Of a DNA stretch of 64,000 bases, positions 15,201 to 27,200 are shown one piece after another. Position numbers and translations under genes: made by a program. The stretch's first letter is position 1. The number at the start of each line of letters is the position of its first letter. This DNA is from Cetorhinus maximus (lineage: Eukaryota), in the NCBI RefSeq assembly GCF_964194155.1, contig NC_135902.1, positions 30,442,001 to 30,506,000 on the forward strand. Direction: 5' to 3'. Below the pieces are notes generated by a model. The model was not told where the DNA came from. It worked only from the letters and a program-made list of their open reading frames with translations, and searched no databases.

Positions 15201-18200
15201 TGCAGAAATATGTGAAGACCGTTTCCTGATTTTGACAGATTTCTACATACAAACATAGGAACATACGAATTAGGGGCAGGGGTAGGCCACTTGGCCCTTC
15301 AAGCCTGCTCCGCCATTCAATAAGATCATGGCTGATATGATTTTAACTTGAACTATACATACTTGCCTCCCCCCGATAACCTTTCATCCCCGTGCTCATT
15401 AAGAATCTATCTACCTCTGCCTTTAAATTATTCAGATTCTGCCTCCACTTCCTTTTTAGGAAGAGAATTCCAAAGACTTACAAACCTCAAATTTTTTTCC
15501 CATCTGTCTTAAACGAGCAACCCTCTATTTTTAAACAGTGAGCCCTAGTTCTAGATTTTCCCACAAGAGGAAACATCCTTTCCACATCCACCCTGTCAAG
15601 ACCCCTCAGGATCTTGTATGCTTCAATCAAGTCACCTCTTTCTCTTCTAAACTCCAGCATATACAAATCCTAGCCTGTCCAACGTTTCCTCATAAGACAA
15701 TCTGCCCATTCCTGGTATTAGTCTAGCAAACCTTCTCTGAACTGTTTCTAACACATTCACATCCTTCCTTAAATAAAGAAGGCCAGTACTGCACACAGTA
15801 CTCTAGATGTGGTCTCACCAATGCCCCGTGTAACTGAAGCATAACCGCCCTACTCTTGTATTCAATTTCCCTCGCAATAAACAATAACATTCTATTAGCT
15901 TTCCTAATTACTTGCTGTACCCGCATTCTATGCTTCTGTTCGAGTTCATCCCCATAACAACCAGGCCACGTAGGTCTGTCTTGGAGTGGAGGTGTTTAGT
16001 AAAACTCAACCCCCCTTTTCAGAACATTGTTTCACCTTAAGTTAAAGGAGACATTTTAAAACATAACCATCTTGTAAAGTCCAGTGTTTGTAACAGTGTA
16101 TACCAAACTAATTTTGCCTTTTGTTCTTTCCTCCCACATTTCCTTGCCTTAGTTATAAACGGTTATATCGCTAAGTACTTCAGCTCTGACAAAGGATCAT
16201 TAATCTGAAACGCTAAATCTACTTTTCTCTCCCCCAATGCTGCCAGACCTGCTGTGCATTTCCAGCATTTTCCATTTCTTTCTTGGATTTCCAGTATTCA
16301 CAGTATGGTGTTTACCTAATAAGTTTTAAAATTGTTTTTATGTTGTGTAATGCAGGTTTTAGGTTTATCATTCCCTTACCAAGACAACTACACTATGCCT
16401 GCCATCCAGAAAGTCCTCTTAGGAGAACATAAGAAATAGGAGCAGGAGTAGAGAAGGTCATATGGCCCCTTGAGCCTGCTCTGCCTTTCGATAAGATAAT
16501 GGCTGAAGTTCCACATCAACTCCATTTTCAGACTACCACCATATTCTTTGATTCTCTTGGTGCCAAAAAACAATCAATCAGTCTTGAATGTACTCATCGA
16601 CTGAGCATCCACAGCCCTCTGCGGTAGAGAATTCCAAAGGTTCATAAAACTGAATGAAGAATTTTTTCATCTCAGGCCTAAATGGACAACGCCTCACCCT
16701 GAGGCTATGTACCAATTCTAGACTCTGCAGCCAAGGGAAGCAGCCTCTGAGTACCTGTGCTGTAATGCTCTCAATGTTGCCAGAGATGCTATATTTTGGT
16801 TGAGACTTTAAACCGAGGCCCCATCTGTTAACTCAGCTGAACGAAAAAGATCCCACGGCACCAGTTGAAGAAGAACAAGGGAGTAGTCACCAATGTCCTG
16901 TCCTGGCCAACATTTATCCCTCAATCAACATCACAAAAAAAAGACCATCTGTTCATTATAATATTGCTGTTTGTGGGCACTGTGATTCATGTACAATATT
17001 TAGTAACCCTTAGAAAAAATTTTTGCTTTTCCATTCTTCCTACCAAAGTGGATAATTTTACACTTCCCACCTCCTTATCCAAATCACTCAACCAGTCTTT
17101 ATCTTCTTGCTGTCTCTTTGTGCCCTCCTCATAGCTTACATTCCCTTGTGGCTTTGTTGTGAAGTACCTAAAGGACACTCGACAAAGAGTCAACTGTAGG
17201 TAGTTCTTCATTTAGTACAAGCGTGTACACATGGCCCTTTCAGAATGCTCTAAAAGGCACTTTGAAGTTACAAAATTTCTGTTGGTTAGATATACCATCT
17301 TTGGGATAAACCATTATTAATTCACAATGTTCTCATCTTGTATGTCGAATCGTTAGATCCTTAATTACAAATGAGTTTACAACATAAACGTGGAATGACC
17401 TGTTCATCACCTCCGCAATTCCGGAGGAATTCGTAAAACAGTCACAGAATGACCTGACCTTTAGCACAAATGATGTTCACAGTTCATTCCAAAACAAACT
17501 TTGCTTATCTATCCTGATATTTTGCTGCTGTGCCAAGTCATCTGCATATCTCTACTTGACCCCGAGGTTAAGCAATCCAGTTTATTGCAGTAAAATTCGT
17601 GACCATTCATCAACTTATTTTATCCTGATCCAAAGGTCATATTCCTTTAGCTTTATCATGAACTGACCCATAGGTTGGCATTAGTTTCCGGGCGTGGCCA
17701 AAAGGTCATATTCATTCTATTTTTTTTTAAACTGCAGACACTTTTAAGACTTATCCAAACAACTTGTCCAAGCCTAGGTAATCACATGATGCATCCTGAT
17801 ATGCCTCTTCAGCTTTATATTGGCAATAAACTTGGGTGTGTTACACTTGGTCCCCTCATCTAAGTCATTGACATAGATGGCAAATAGTTGAGGTCTAAGC
17901 AATGGTCTTTGCAGCACTCCCTTAGTTACACCCTGCTATCCTGAAAATTACCCTTTTATTCTTGCGTTGCATTCTGTCCATTCACCAATCTTCAATCACT
18001 GCTGATATATGATAGTTTTTCACATAGATAGCACTGTAGTAACTCGCCAAGCCTCCTTCAACAGGACTTTCCAGCATGGGAGTGTTTTAGAAACCAAAGG
18101 GCTACCAAAAAGTTAATAAAAAAGGGAAAACATAGAATATAAGAGCAAACTAGCCAGAAATATAAAAGCTCTTACAATCTGTTTTCATAAGTTATAAAAA

Positions 18201-21200
18201 GGAAGAGAGTAGCTAAAGTAAACGTTGGTCCCTTAGAAGCAGAGACTGGAGAAATTATCATGGGGAATGAGGAAATGGCCTAGGTGTTGAACAAATAATT
18301 TGTCTGTCTTCACAGTAGAAGAGACAAGTTCCGTACCAGAAATAAACGGTAACCTTGGGGCAAAAAAGAGTGAGGAAATTAGGAAAGTGCATATCAGCAG
18401 AGATAAATTACTCAAGAAACTTGAAGGGCTAAAATCCAACCTGATGGCCTATAACCTGGGGTTCTAAAAGGGAGTTGCAGAGATAGTGAATATACTAGCT
18501 ATGATTTTCCAAAATTCCTTAGATTCGGCAATGGTTTCAGTAGATTGTAAGTTGGCAAACGTCACATCACTTTTCAAGGAAGGAGGGTGAGAGAAAACAG
18601 TGAACTGCAGGCCAGTTAGTCGAACAGCAGTTGTTGGGAAAATGCTGGAATCTATCATTAACGAAATCTTAACAATGCACTTAGAAAAGCATAGTATGAT
18701 TAGAACAAGTCATCGTGGTTTTACTAAAGGGAAATCCTGTTTGACAGATTTAAGAGTTTTTTGAGGATGTAACTTGTAGAATAGATAAAGGGAACCAGTA
18801 CATGTAGTATACCTGGATTTCCAAAAGGCATTCAATAAGGTGCCACACAAAAGATTAATAGGCAAAATGAGGGCTCATGGAGTTGGGGGTAATATATTAG
18901 CATGGGTAGAGGATTGGTTAAAGGACGGAAAACAGAGAGTGGGCATAAACAGGGCTTTTTCAAGTTGGTAGGCAGTGAATAGTGGAGTGCCGCAAGGATC
19001 AGTGCTGGGGCCTCAGCTATTTATAATCTATATTACTGAATTAGATGAAGACATAGAGAGTAATGTACCTAAGTTTGCTGATGATACCAAGCTAGGTGGA
19101 AAGGTAAGCTGTGTGACAGAGAAACTGCAAAGAGATATAGACAGGTTAAGTGAGTGAGCAACAAGATGGCAGATATAGGGAAGTGTGAAGTTATTCACTT
19201 AGTACTAAGAATAAAAAAAACAGAATATTTGGTGGTGGTGTTCCCATGTGTCTGCTGCCCCTGTCCTTCTATTGGTAGAAGTCCTGGGTTTGAAGCAAAA
19301 GAACACAAGAAATAGGAGCAGGAGTAAATGAATGGTGCAGCAGGCTCAATGGGTCATGTGGTTTACTCCTGTTCCTATTTCTTGTGTTCTTTTGCTCCAA
19401 ACCCAGGACCTCTACCAATAGAAGGACAGGGGCAGCAGACACATGGGAACACCACCATCATTTCTTTTACAAGATGTGGGCATCAGGGTAGTCCAGCATT
19501 TATTGCCCATCCCTAATTCCGCTTGAGGTGGTGGTGAACCTATTGCTGCAGTCCATTTGGTATAGGTACAGCTACAGTGCTGTTGGGAAGGGAGTTCCAG
19601 GATTTTGATGCAGCAACAGTGAAGTTCTTGGGAGATAGATCAATGATGCATTTAAGCTATAGCAGGACAGAAAGCCAATATCTCCCTCTAACAGATGACC
19701 TGACAATGAACAATGAAAATAGCACACCAAGGGAAGAATGAATGCTAACACTGGAAAGCCTCAATTCCATAAATTTGAAGCCGTTTTATTATTAGGTTGG
19801 AACTGCTGCAGTGGATGTGGTGTAGGTACAACCACAGTGCTGTTGGGAAGGGGGTAACCCGGATTTTGACCCAGTGAGTGAAGGAACGACAATATAGTTC
19901 CAGGTCAGGATGGCGTGTGGCTTGGGGGGGAGCTTGCAGGTGGTGATGTTCCCATGTGTCTGCTGCCCTTGTCCTTCTAGGTGGTAGAGGTTGCGGGTTT
20001 GGAATGTGTTGTCAAAGCCGCTTTGGTGAGTTGCTCCAGTGCATCTTGTAGATGGTACACACTGCTGACACTGTGCGTCAGTGGTGGAGGGAGTGAATAT
20101 TTAAGGTGGTGGATGGGGTGCCAATCAAGCAAGCTTCTCGAGTGTTGTTGGAGCTGCCCTCATCCACTCGTGGCTTGTCAGATACTGAAGCAGTCTGTAC
20201 ACCCATCCAGGCAAGTGGAGAGTATTTCATCACACTCGTGACTTGTACCTTGTAGACGTTGCAGTCTTTGGGGAGTCAGGAGGCAAGTTACTCACTGCAG
20301 AATTCCCAACCTCTGACCTGCTCTTGTAGCCACAGTATTTATATGGCTGGTCCAGTTCAGTTTCTGGTCAATGGTAACCTCCAGGATGTTGATAAAGGGG
20401 AATCCAGTGATGATAATGCCATTGGATGTCATGGGAAGATGGTGAGATTCTCCCATGTTGGAGATGATCATTGCCTGGTACTTATGTGGCATGAATGTCA
20501 CTTGCCACTTATCAGCCCAAGCTTGAATGTTGTCCAGGTCTTGCTGCATATTGACACAGACTGCTTCAGTATCTGAGGAGTCACGAATGGTGCTGAACAT
20601 GGTGCAATCATCATCAAACATCCCCACTTTTGGACCTTATGATGAAGAAAAAGTCATTAGTGAAGCAGATGATGATGATTGGGTCAAGAATACTACCCTG
20701 AAGAACTTCTGCAGCAATGCCCTGGGACTGAGAGGACTGACCTCCAACAACCACAACCATCTTCCTTTGTGCTTGGTATAACTCCAACCAGTAGGAGCTG
20801 TTCCCTCCGATTTCCATTGACTTCAGTATTGCTAGGGCTCTTTGATGCCACACTCGGTCAAATGCTGCCTTGATATCACATCCCCACATCCCATGAAACA
20901 ATATATATAAAAAAACTACCCCCAATTTTATAAGGAAAGATATACTGGCATTGGAGGTAGTCCAGAGAAGGTTGATTCTGAGTATGGAGGGATTTTCTTG
21001 TGAGGAGAGGTTGAGTAGGTTGGGCCTGTACTCACTGGAGTTTAGAAGAATGAGAGGGGACCTTATTGAAACATATAAGATTCTTAGGGGGCTTGACAGA
21101 GTAGATGCTGAGAGGTTGTTTCCCCTTGTGGGAGAGTCTAGGACCAGAGGGCATAATCTCAGAGTAAGGGGGCACCCATTTAAAACAGAGATGAGGAGGA

Positions 21201-24200
21201 ATTTCTTCTCTCAGAGGTTGGTCAATCTGTGGAATTCTTTACTCCAGAGGGCTGTGGAACCTTGGTCATTAAGTATATTCAAGACAGAGATAGACAGATT
21301 TTTAATCAGTAAGGGAATCAAGGGTTATGGGGAAAAGGCAGGAAAGTGCAGTTGAGGATTATCAGATCAGCCATGATCTCATTGAATGGCAGAGCAGACT
21401 CGATGGGCCAAATGGCCTACTTCTGCTCTTACGTTTTATGGTCTTAATCCCATGAGTCCTAATCTTGTGTAACAATCATGTGGCACTTAGAATCACTTCT
21501 GCAAATCCAAGTATACTATATTCACTGGCTCTCCCTTAACCATCCTGCTAGTTACATCCACAAAAATACTAACATATTTGTCCCACTTAAGCTTTCATAA
21601 ATCCACATTGATTCCGTTTAATCATTTTGTGACTTTGCTTAATCATAGAAGCAATATTTTATAATATGAAGTTTGGAAATCTGCAAACTGTGTTTAGGTT
21701 CTTTCAGTTACAGGGGAATGGTATTATACTCCTGGGCTAAACCAGCAGCAAATGCCTGCTTTAGAACCAGTGCAGCTTGAAAAAAAATATGTGTACTTGG
21801 ATTGTGCATGACATAGAAAATTGTTGTAGCTTTATATACAAATACACATTAAAAACAAAATAAATTCCTCCACTTAACTGATTGTGGCAAGCGCTGATCA
21901 ACAAATCCAAGGTTTGTTTCGCCAATATTCAAGATTAAAAATGGGGAAATAAAAACAGCAAATAGAAATATAGGAAGACTAAGCAGATCTCAGTGTCTTA
22001 GTTGATCAAACTCATGAGCAATATTGATGGTGCAGAGCTCCTATCTAAAAGAGGAAGCAAGAAACCTTAATTTCTCTTGAATATTCTGCCCTCCAAAATC
22101 CCTTCCCAAACCCAAAGTCTACTACTGTACAGAGGTCTAACTGCAATTGCACAGTAGTAAGAATAGAAAAGCAGAATATTTTTCAATAAAGCATGAAACT
22201 TCAACACGCTGATGTTCAGAGAAACTTGGGTGTACTCGTACAAAGAACACAGAAAGTTAGCATGCAGTGTAGCAAGCAATTAGGGAGACAAATAGCAAGT
22301 TGGCCTTTATTGCAAGACGACTGAAGTGCAAGGATAAAAGAGTCTTGCTATAATTGCATAGTGCTTTAGGGAGGCTTGAACTGGAGTACTGTGTGCAGTT
22401 TTGGTCTCATTATCTAAGGAAGGGGATGCTTGCTTGAGAGATGGTACAATGAAGGCTCATTAGATTGGTTCCTGGGATGAAAGGGTTGTCCTTTGATGAG
22501 AGGCTAAGTGGAATGGGCTTAAACTCTCAGGAGTCTAGATCCCATTGAAACATACAAGATTCTGAAGGGCTCAATAAGGTAAACACTCAGATTATTTCAC
22601 CTGGTTGGGAAAGCTAGAACATGGGGTCACAGTCTGAGAATGAAGGGTCAACCATTTAGGCCTGAAATGGGCTTCACTCAGTGAGCTGTGAATCTTTGGG
22701 ATTTTCTACCCCAGAGGACAGTGAGATAGATAACTTTGGGTTTCTAGGGGAATTAAGGGATATGGAAAACAGGTGGAAAAATGGAGCTGAGGTAGAAAAT
22801 CAACCATGGTTTTATTGAATGGCAGAACAAGCTCAAAGAGCTGTATGGTCAACGCCTGTTCTTATTTCTAAGATGAAAATATTCTGAACTTGCTTACTTG
22901 TTGTGTTAGATACAAATGGTACACAGGAAAATAATTTCTGAGAATGCAGGAGAAAATAACAATACAAGAAAGTGAACTTGTTATTTGTTTATCTTACCTG
23001 TAAACTAATCCAGAAATGAACATAGAAAGTCGAGCTCCCAAAAGAGCAACAATTGATGGAGTCAAAAGATTCGAGGCAGAAAATACAGTATAGATTATAG
23101 CCAAGCTACAAGAGAAATAAAAGCAGTGTTAGCACAACAAAATGCTGGATATAACTATATCCTAATCTACATCAGTTGGAATAATAATATGTATACAAAA
23201 ATTTAAATCATGCACAAATACACAAATTATGAACTTTTCTGGCCTCTTAACTGCAGATAAATGGTTATGTGTAAATATATTGTTTTGTATTACAAAGCTG
23301 TGTAGCTCTATTAAGGCATTTGCAAGACATGACATTTCAGCATAATATTGCAGTCTCCATACAATATCACTATGCAGAGGAAGATAAACAAAGAAACACC
23401 TGGTATATCCACTTCCTTGAAACCGGGTACTGTTGATGCTCTTGATGACTGTTTGCTGTCAGATAAAAATCAATGTTACTTTAATAGAAGAACAAGATAT
23501 TCTACACAATCAATCTTCAGCATATGCTCATCTTTTACAAGCTACTGCGGTGACTCAGAGCAACCGTGTTAGGGATGAACATGACAAAGTAGAGACTTTG
23601 AGGACTTAAGCTTCTCAAACAAGGACAGTGGCCATGGATAAGCACTTTGGTGATGTAATGATACCTGATGTTGGCCGGTTACATCAGTCTACACATTATT
23701 AGACATATTTTTCAAGTTGTTCTGTTGGAGATTGGTTATTTGCTTGAAATGGGATTTTACCCAGCCTCATTTGACCAGTTGCTGAAATCAGTCTCAAATT
23801 GCAAATAATTACTTCCATGGCCATGCATTAATACATTCAGTTCAGGGGTATAACCTGACATATACCAATGCAGGTTTGAATTTAGTCTCAACACTGAGAG
23901 TTTTCAATCAAATTACAAATTCAATCCACTCAATAAATTCAAAAGTTATGAATTAAAAGTGTTTTTCAAATCTATAAGACCATAAGGCGTAGGAGCATAA
24001 GTAGGCTGACCTGATAATCCTCAACTCCACTTTCCTGCCTTTTCCCCAGAACCCTCAATTCCCTTATTGATTAGAAATCTCAGCCTTGAATATACTTAAC
24101 AACCCAGCCTCTACAGCCCTCTGCGGTAAAGAATTCCACAGATTCATTTACCCTCAGAGAAGAAATTCCTCCTCATTGGTCTTAAATGGGTGACACCTTA

Positions 24201-27200
24201 CTCTGAGATTATGCCCTCTGGTCCTAAACTCTCCCACAAGGGTAAACAAACTCTCAGCATCTACCCTGTCAAGCCCCCTAAGAATCTTATATGTTTCAAT
24301 AAGGTCCCCTCTCATTCTTCTAAACTCCAATGAGAACAGGCCCAACCGACTCAACTCTCCTCATAATAAAATCCCTCTATACCCGGGATCAACCTAGTGA
24401 ACCTTCTCTGGACTACCTCCAATGCCAGTATATCTTTCCTTAGATAAGGGGACCAAAACTGCTCACAGTATTCTCGGTGCAGTCTAACTAATGCCTTGTA
24501 TAGTTTTAGCAAGACTTCCCTATTTTCATACTCCATTCCCTTTGAGACAAAGACCAACATTCCATTTGCCATCCCTATTGCCTGAACTTGTATGTTAACT
24601 TTTTGGGATTCATGCATGAGAATTCCCCAATCCCTCTGTGTTGCAGCCTTCTGCAGTCTTTCTCCATTGAAATAATATTCAGCTCCTCTATTCTTCATGC
24701 CAAAGTGCATAACCTCTCATTTTCCCACATTATATTACATCTGCCAAGTTTTTGCCTACTCACTTAACCTGTCTATATCCCTCTGTAGACTCTTTGTGTC
24801 ATCCTCACCACTTGCCTTCCCATCTATTTTTGTGTTGCCCGCAAACTTGACAATAGTACATTCACTTCTCTCATCCAAGTCATTAATATATATTATAAAT
24901 AATTGTGGCCCTAGCACTGATCCCTGTGGCACTCCACTAATTACAGGCTGCCATCCTGAAAATGCCCCCCTTACCCCAACTCTCTGTCTTCTATTAGTTA
25001 GCCAATCCTCTATCCATGCTAATATACTACCCCCAACACCATGGGCTCTTATCTTATTAAGTAGCCTTATGTGCAATACCTTATCAAACGCCTTTTGGAA
25101 ATCCAAATATATTACATTCACTAGTTCCCCTTTATCTATCCTGCTTATTACCTCTTCAAACAATTCTAATAAATTTGCCAGGCATGATTTCCCATTCATG
25201 AAGCCATATCTTTGTTGTGAGTCATGAACTATTTTCTTAAATGTCTGCCATCGTCCCCCACCGTCTTTTCTGCTAAACTCCTTTCCCAGTAGGTGAAGGG
25301 TGCCGGTGCTCAACTAGTGAACACTTCATTTTTGGCACACAAAGAAGCACTTACAAGTCAGATACACTATAAGACATATAATCAGACCAGTTTTTCCTAT
25401 TTCTCAAACCAGCTGCCCTTACAGTCAAACTTGATAAGCATCATGCTATGAACTTGCACGAGAGCCTGACTTGAGACGATCAAGTTTATTTCATACAGGG
25501 TCCTCACAACATACACACACCTATACATATTTTTAAAAATGTCACTTCTATTGCTTCATGTTGCCAACAGCTTTGTGAAAGTTAACACAACTGTATGATC
25601 CAGCCCATGTTTATCACGAATTTTATCCCTCAACAAACTTAATGATGCTTAACCTTCACTTTCCAGTAACAGAAACTTATCACATACTTTAAATTTGAGA
25701 AGAATCACTGATACAATTTACATTTATATGGTGCCTTTAAAGTCGGAAAAAGTTCCCAGGCACTTCACAAGATCATAAATTAGACAAAAATTGACACCAA
25801 GTCAAAGGAGGATATACCAATGAGTGACTAAAATCTTGGATAAAGGGGAAAGTTTCAATGAACACCCTTATAAGGAGAAAAAAATAGAAAGGTTGAGGGA
25901 TGGAATTCGAGAACTTGGGCTCATATAGCTGAAGGCACAGCTACTAATGTTGGTGTGAATGGAGTTGGTGGATTCAGAAGAGGCTAGTTCTTGAAGGGTT
26001 GTAGGGCTGGAGGAGGTCACAAAGAGTGAGAAGGGCAAGGTCATGGTGGAGCGAGAGCCACTGCAAACCAGAGAGGATAAAGCAATGAAGTTGCGGGTTA
26101 GGATATAGGCAGTAGTTTTGGATGAGCTTTGAACAGCAGGGGCACATTAGCTATCATGCGGAACAGAGACGGGAGCTAGGTGTTTGGCAATTTAGTGGGG
26201 GTAGGATTAAGAGAACAGGAGGTGGACTTCAAGATGATGATGAGCTTGGAGAGGGTCTGAGGAGAGATATGAAGAAGATGCAAGTTCAGAGCTAGATCGG
26301 TGGGGGAGAAATCTTGGCTTGGTAAGCAAGATTGCAGCTGAAAGGTTGGTCTCAATTTTAGTGGCAATGAAGTCTATGAGCTCCTCGCAGTTGTTGTTGG
26401 AAGAGAGGTTGGAAGAAGAGGGGTTTAAGGAGACAGACAGTGGCGGAGAAAAGAAGCCCAGGGGTTCTCTTTGAATTCCAGGATAATCATGGAGTAGTGA
26501 GCAGTTTGGCAGAAGTGCATAGGGCCAAATAGTGCTTAATGTGGTCCAGCCAGGTCTAGTGATGAATGGCTAAGCCAGTTGTCTGCCATATGCTTTCAAG
26601 TGTGCACCTATAAGGTTCTTGGATTTGACACTAATTTTTGGTTGCAAATAATCTTCATCAAGTTTGACCGAGTCTTGACACATACAAAGTCTAAAGCAAT
26701 AGTCAAACAGAGAAATCAACAATATTATCTGCTTCTGCTCTGGGTAGAGAATGTAACCTTTGTCGAATTTTTCCACTTATGTTGCTCTCTAAGAATTGTG
26801 AAAGAAGGCTCAAGATCTTTACGGAGCTCTAGTCACTCACAGACATCCCTTAAAATTGTGCTGCATTTCAGTTTTCTAACTTAACTGTTCATCATCGACT
26901 TGTTTATTTGTGATATAGGCTACCCTATCCTCTAGAACATCATCGACACCTTGTTAACCATTCCATGCTGACAAAAAAACTCTCCTTGCTGACAAAGCTT
27001 GATTGTTAAATGTCACCCATAACTTGAAGAATGCTGGGAATGAACAACTTCAACCATTTAATTTCTAGCTTTAATACAAGTCTGCAAGCTATTTATAAAT
27101 GAAAACATATCATACAACGTTAATCAAATTCTACGTTTAAATGCATACAAAGTATTTTACATACTGCTTGGATTTAGTGAAGCAAAGGATGGGAGAGAGT

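Noticed and set aside
17155-17845. Possible LTR interrupting a CR1 fragment
   Set aside because: Termini are not clearly inverted and there is no convincing TSD; left unclassified.
24697-25227. 176-aa plus-strand ORF
   Set aside because: Antisense shadow of the CR1 RT region.
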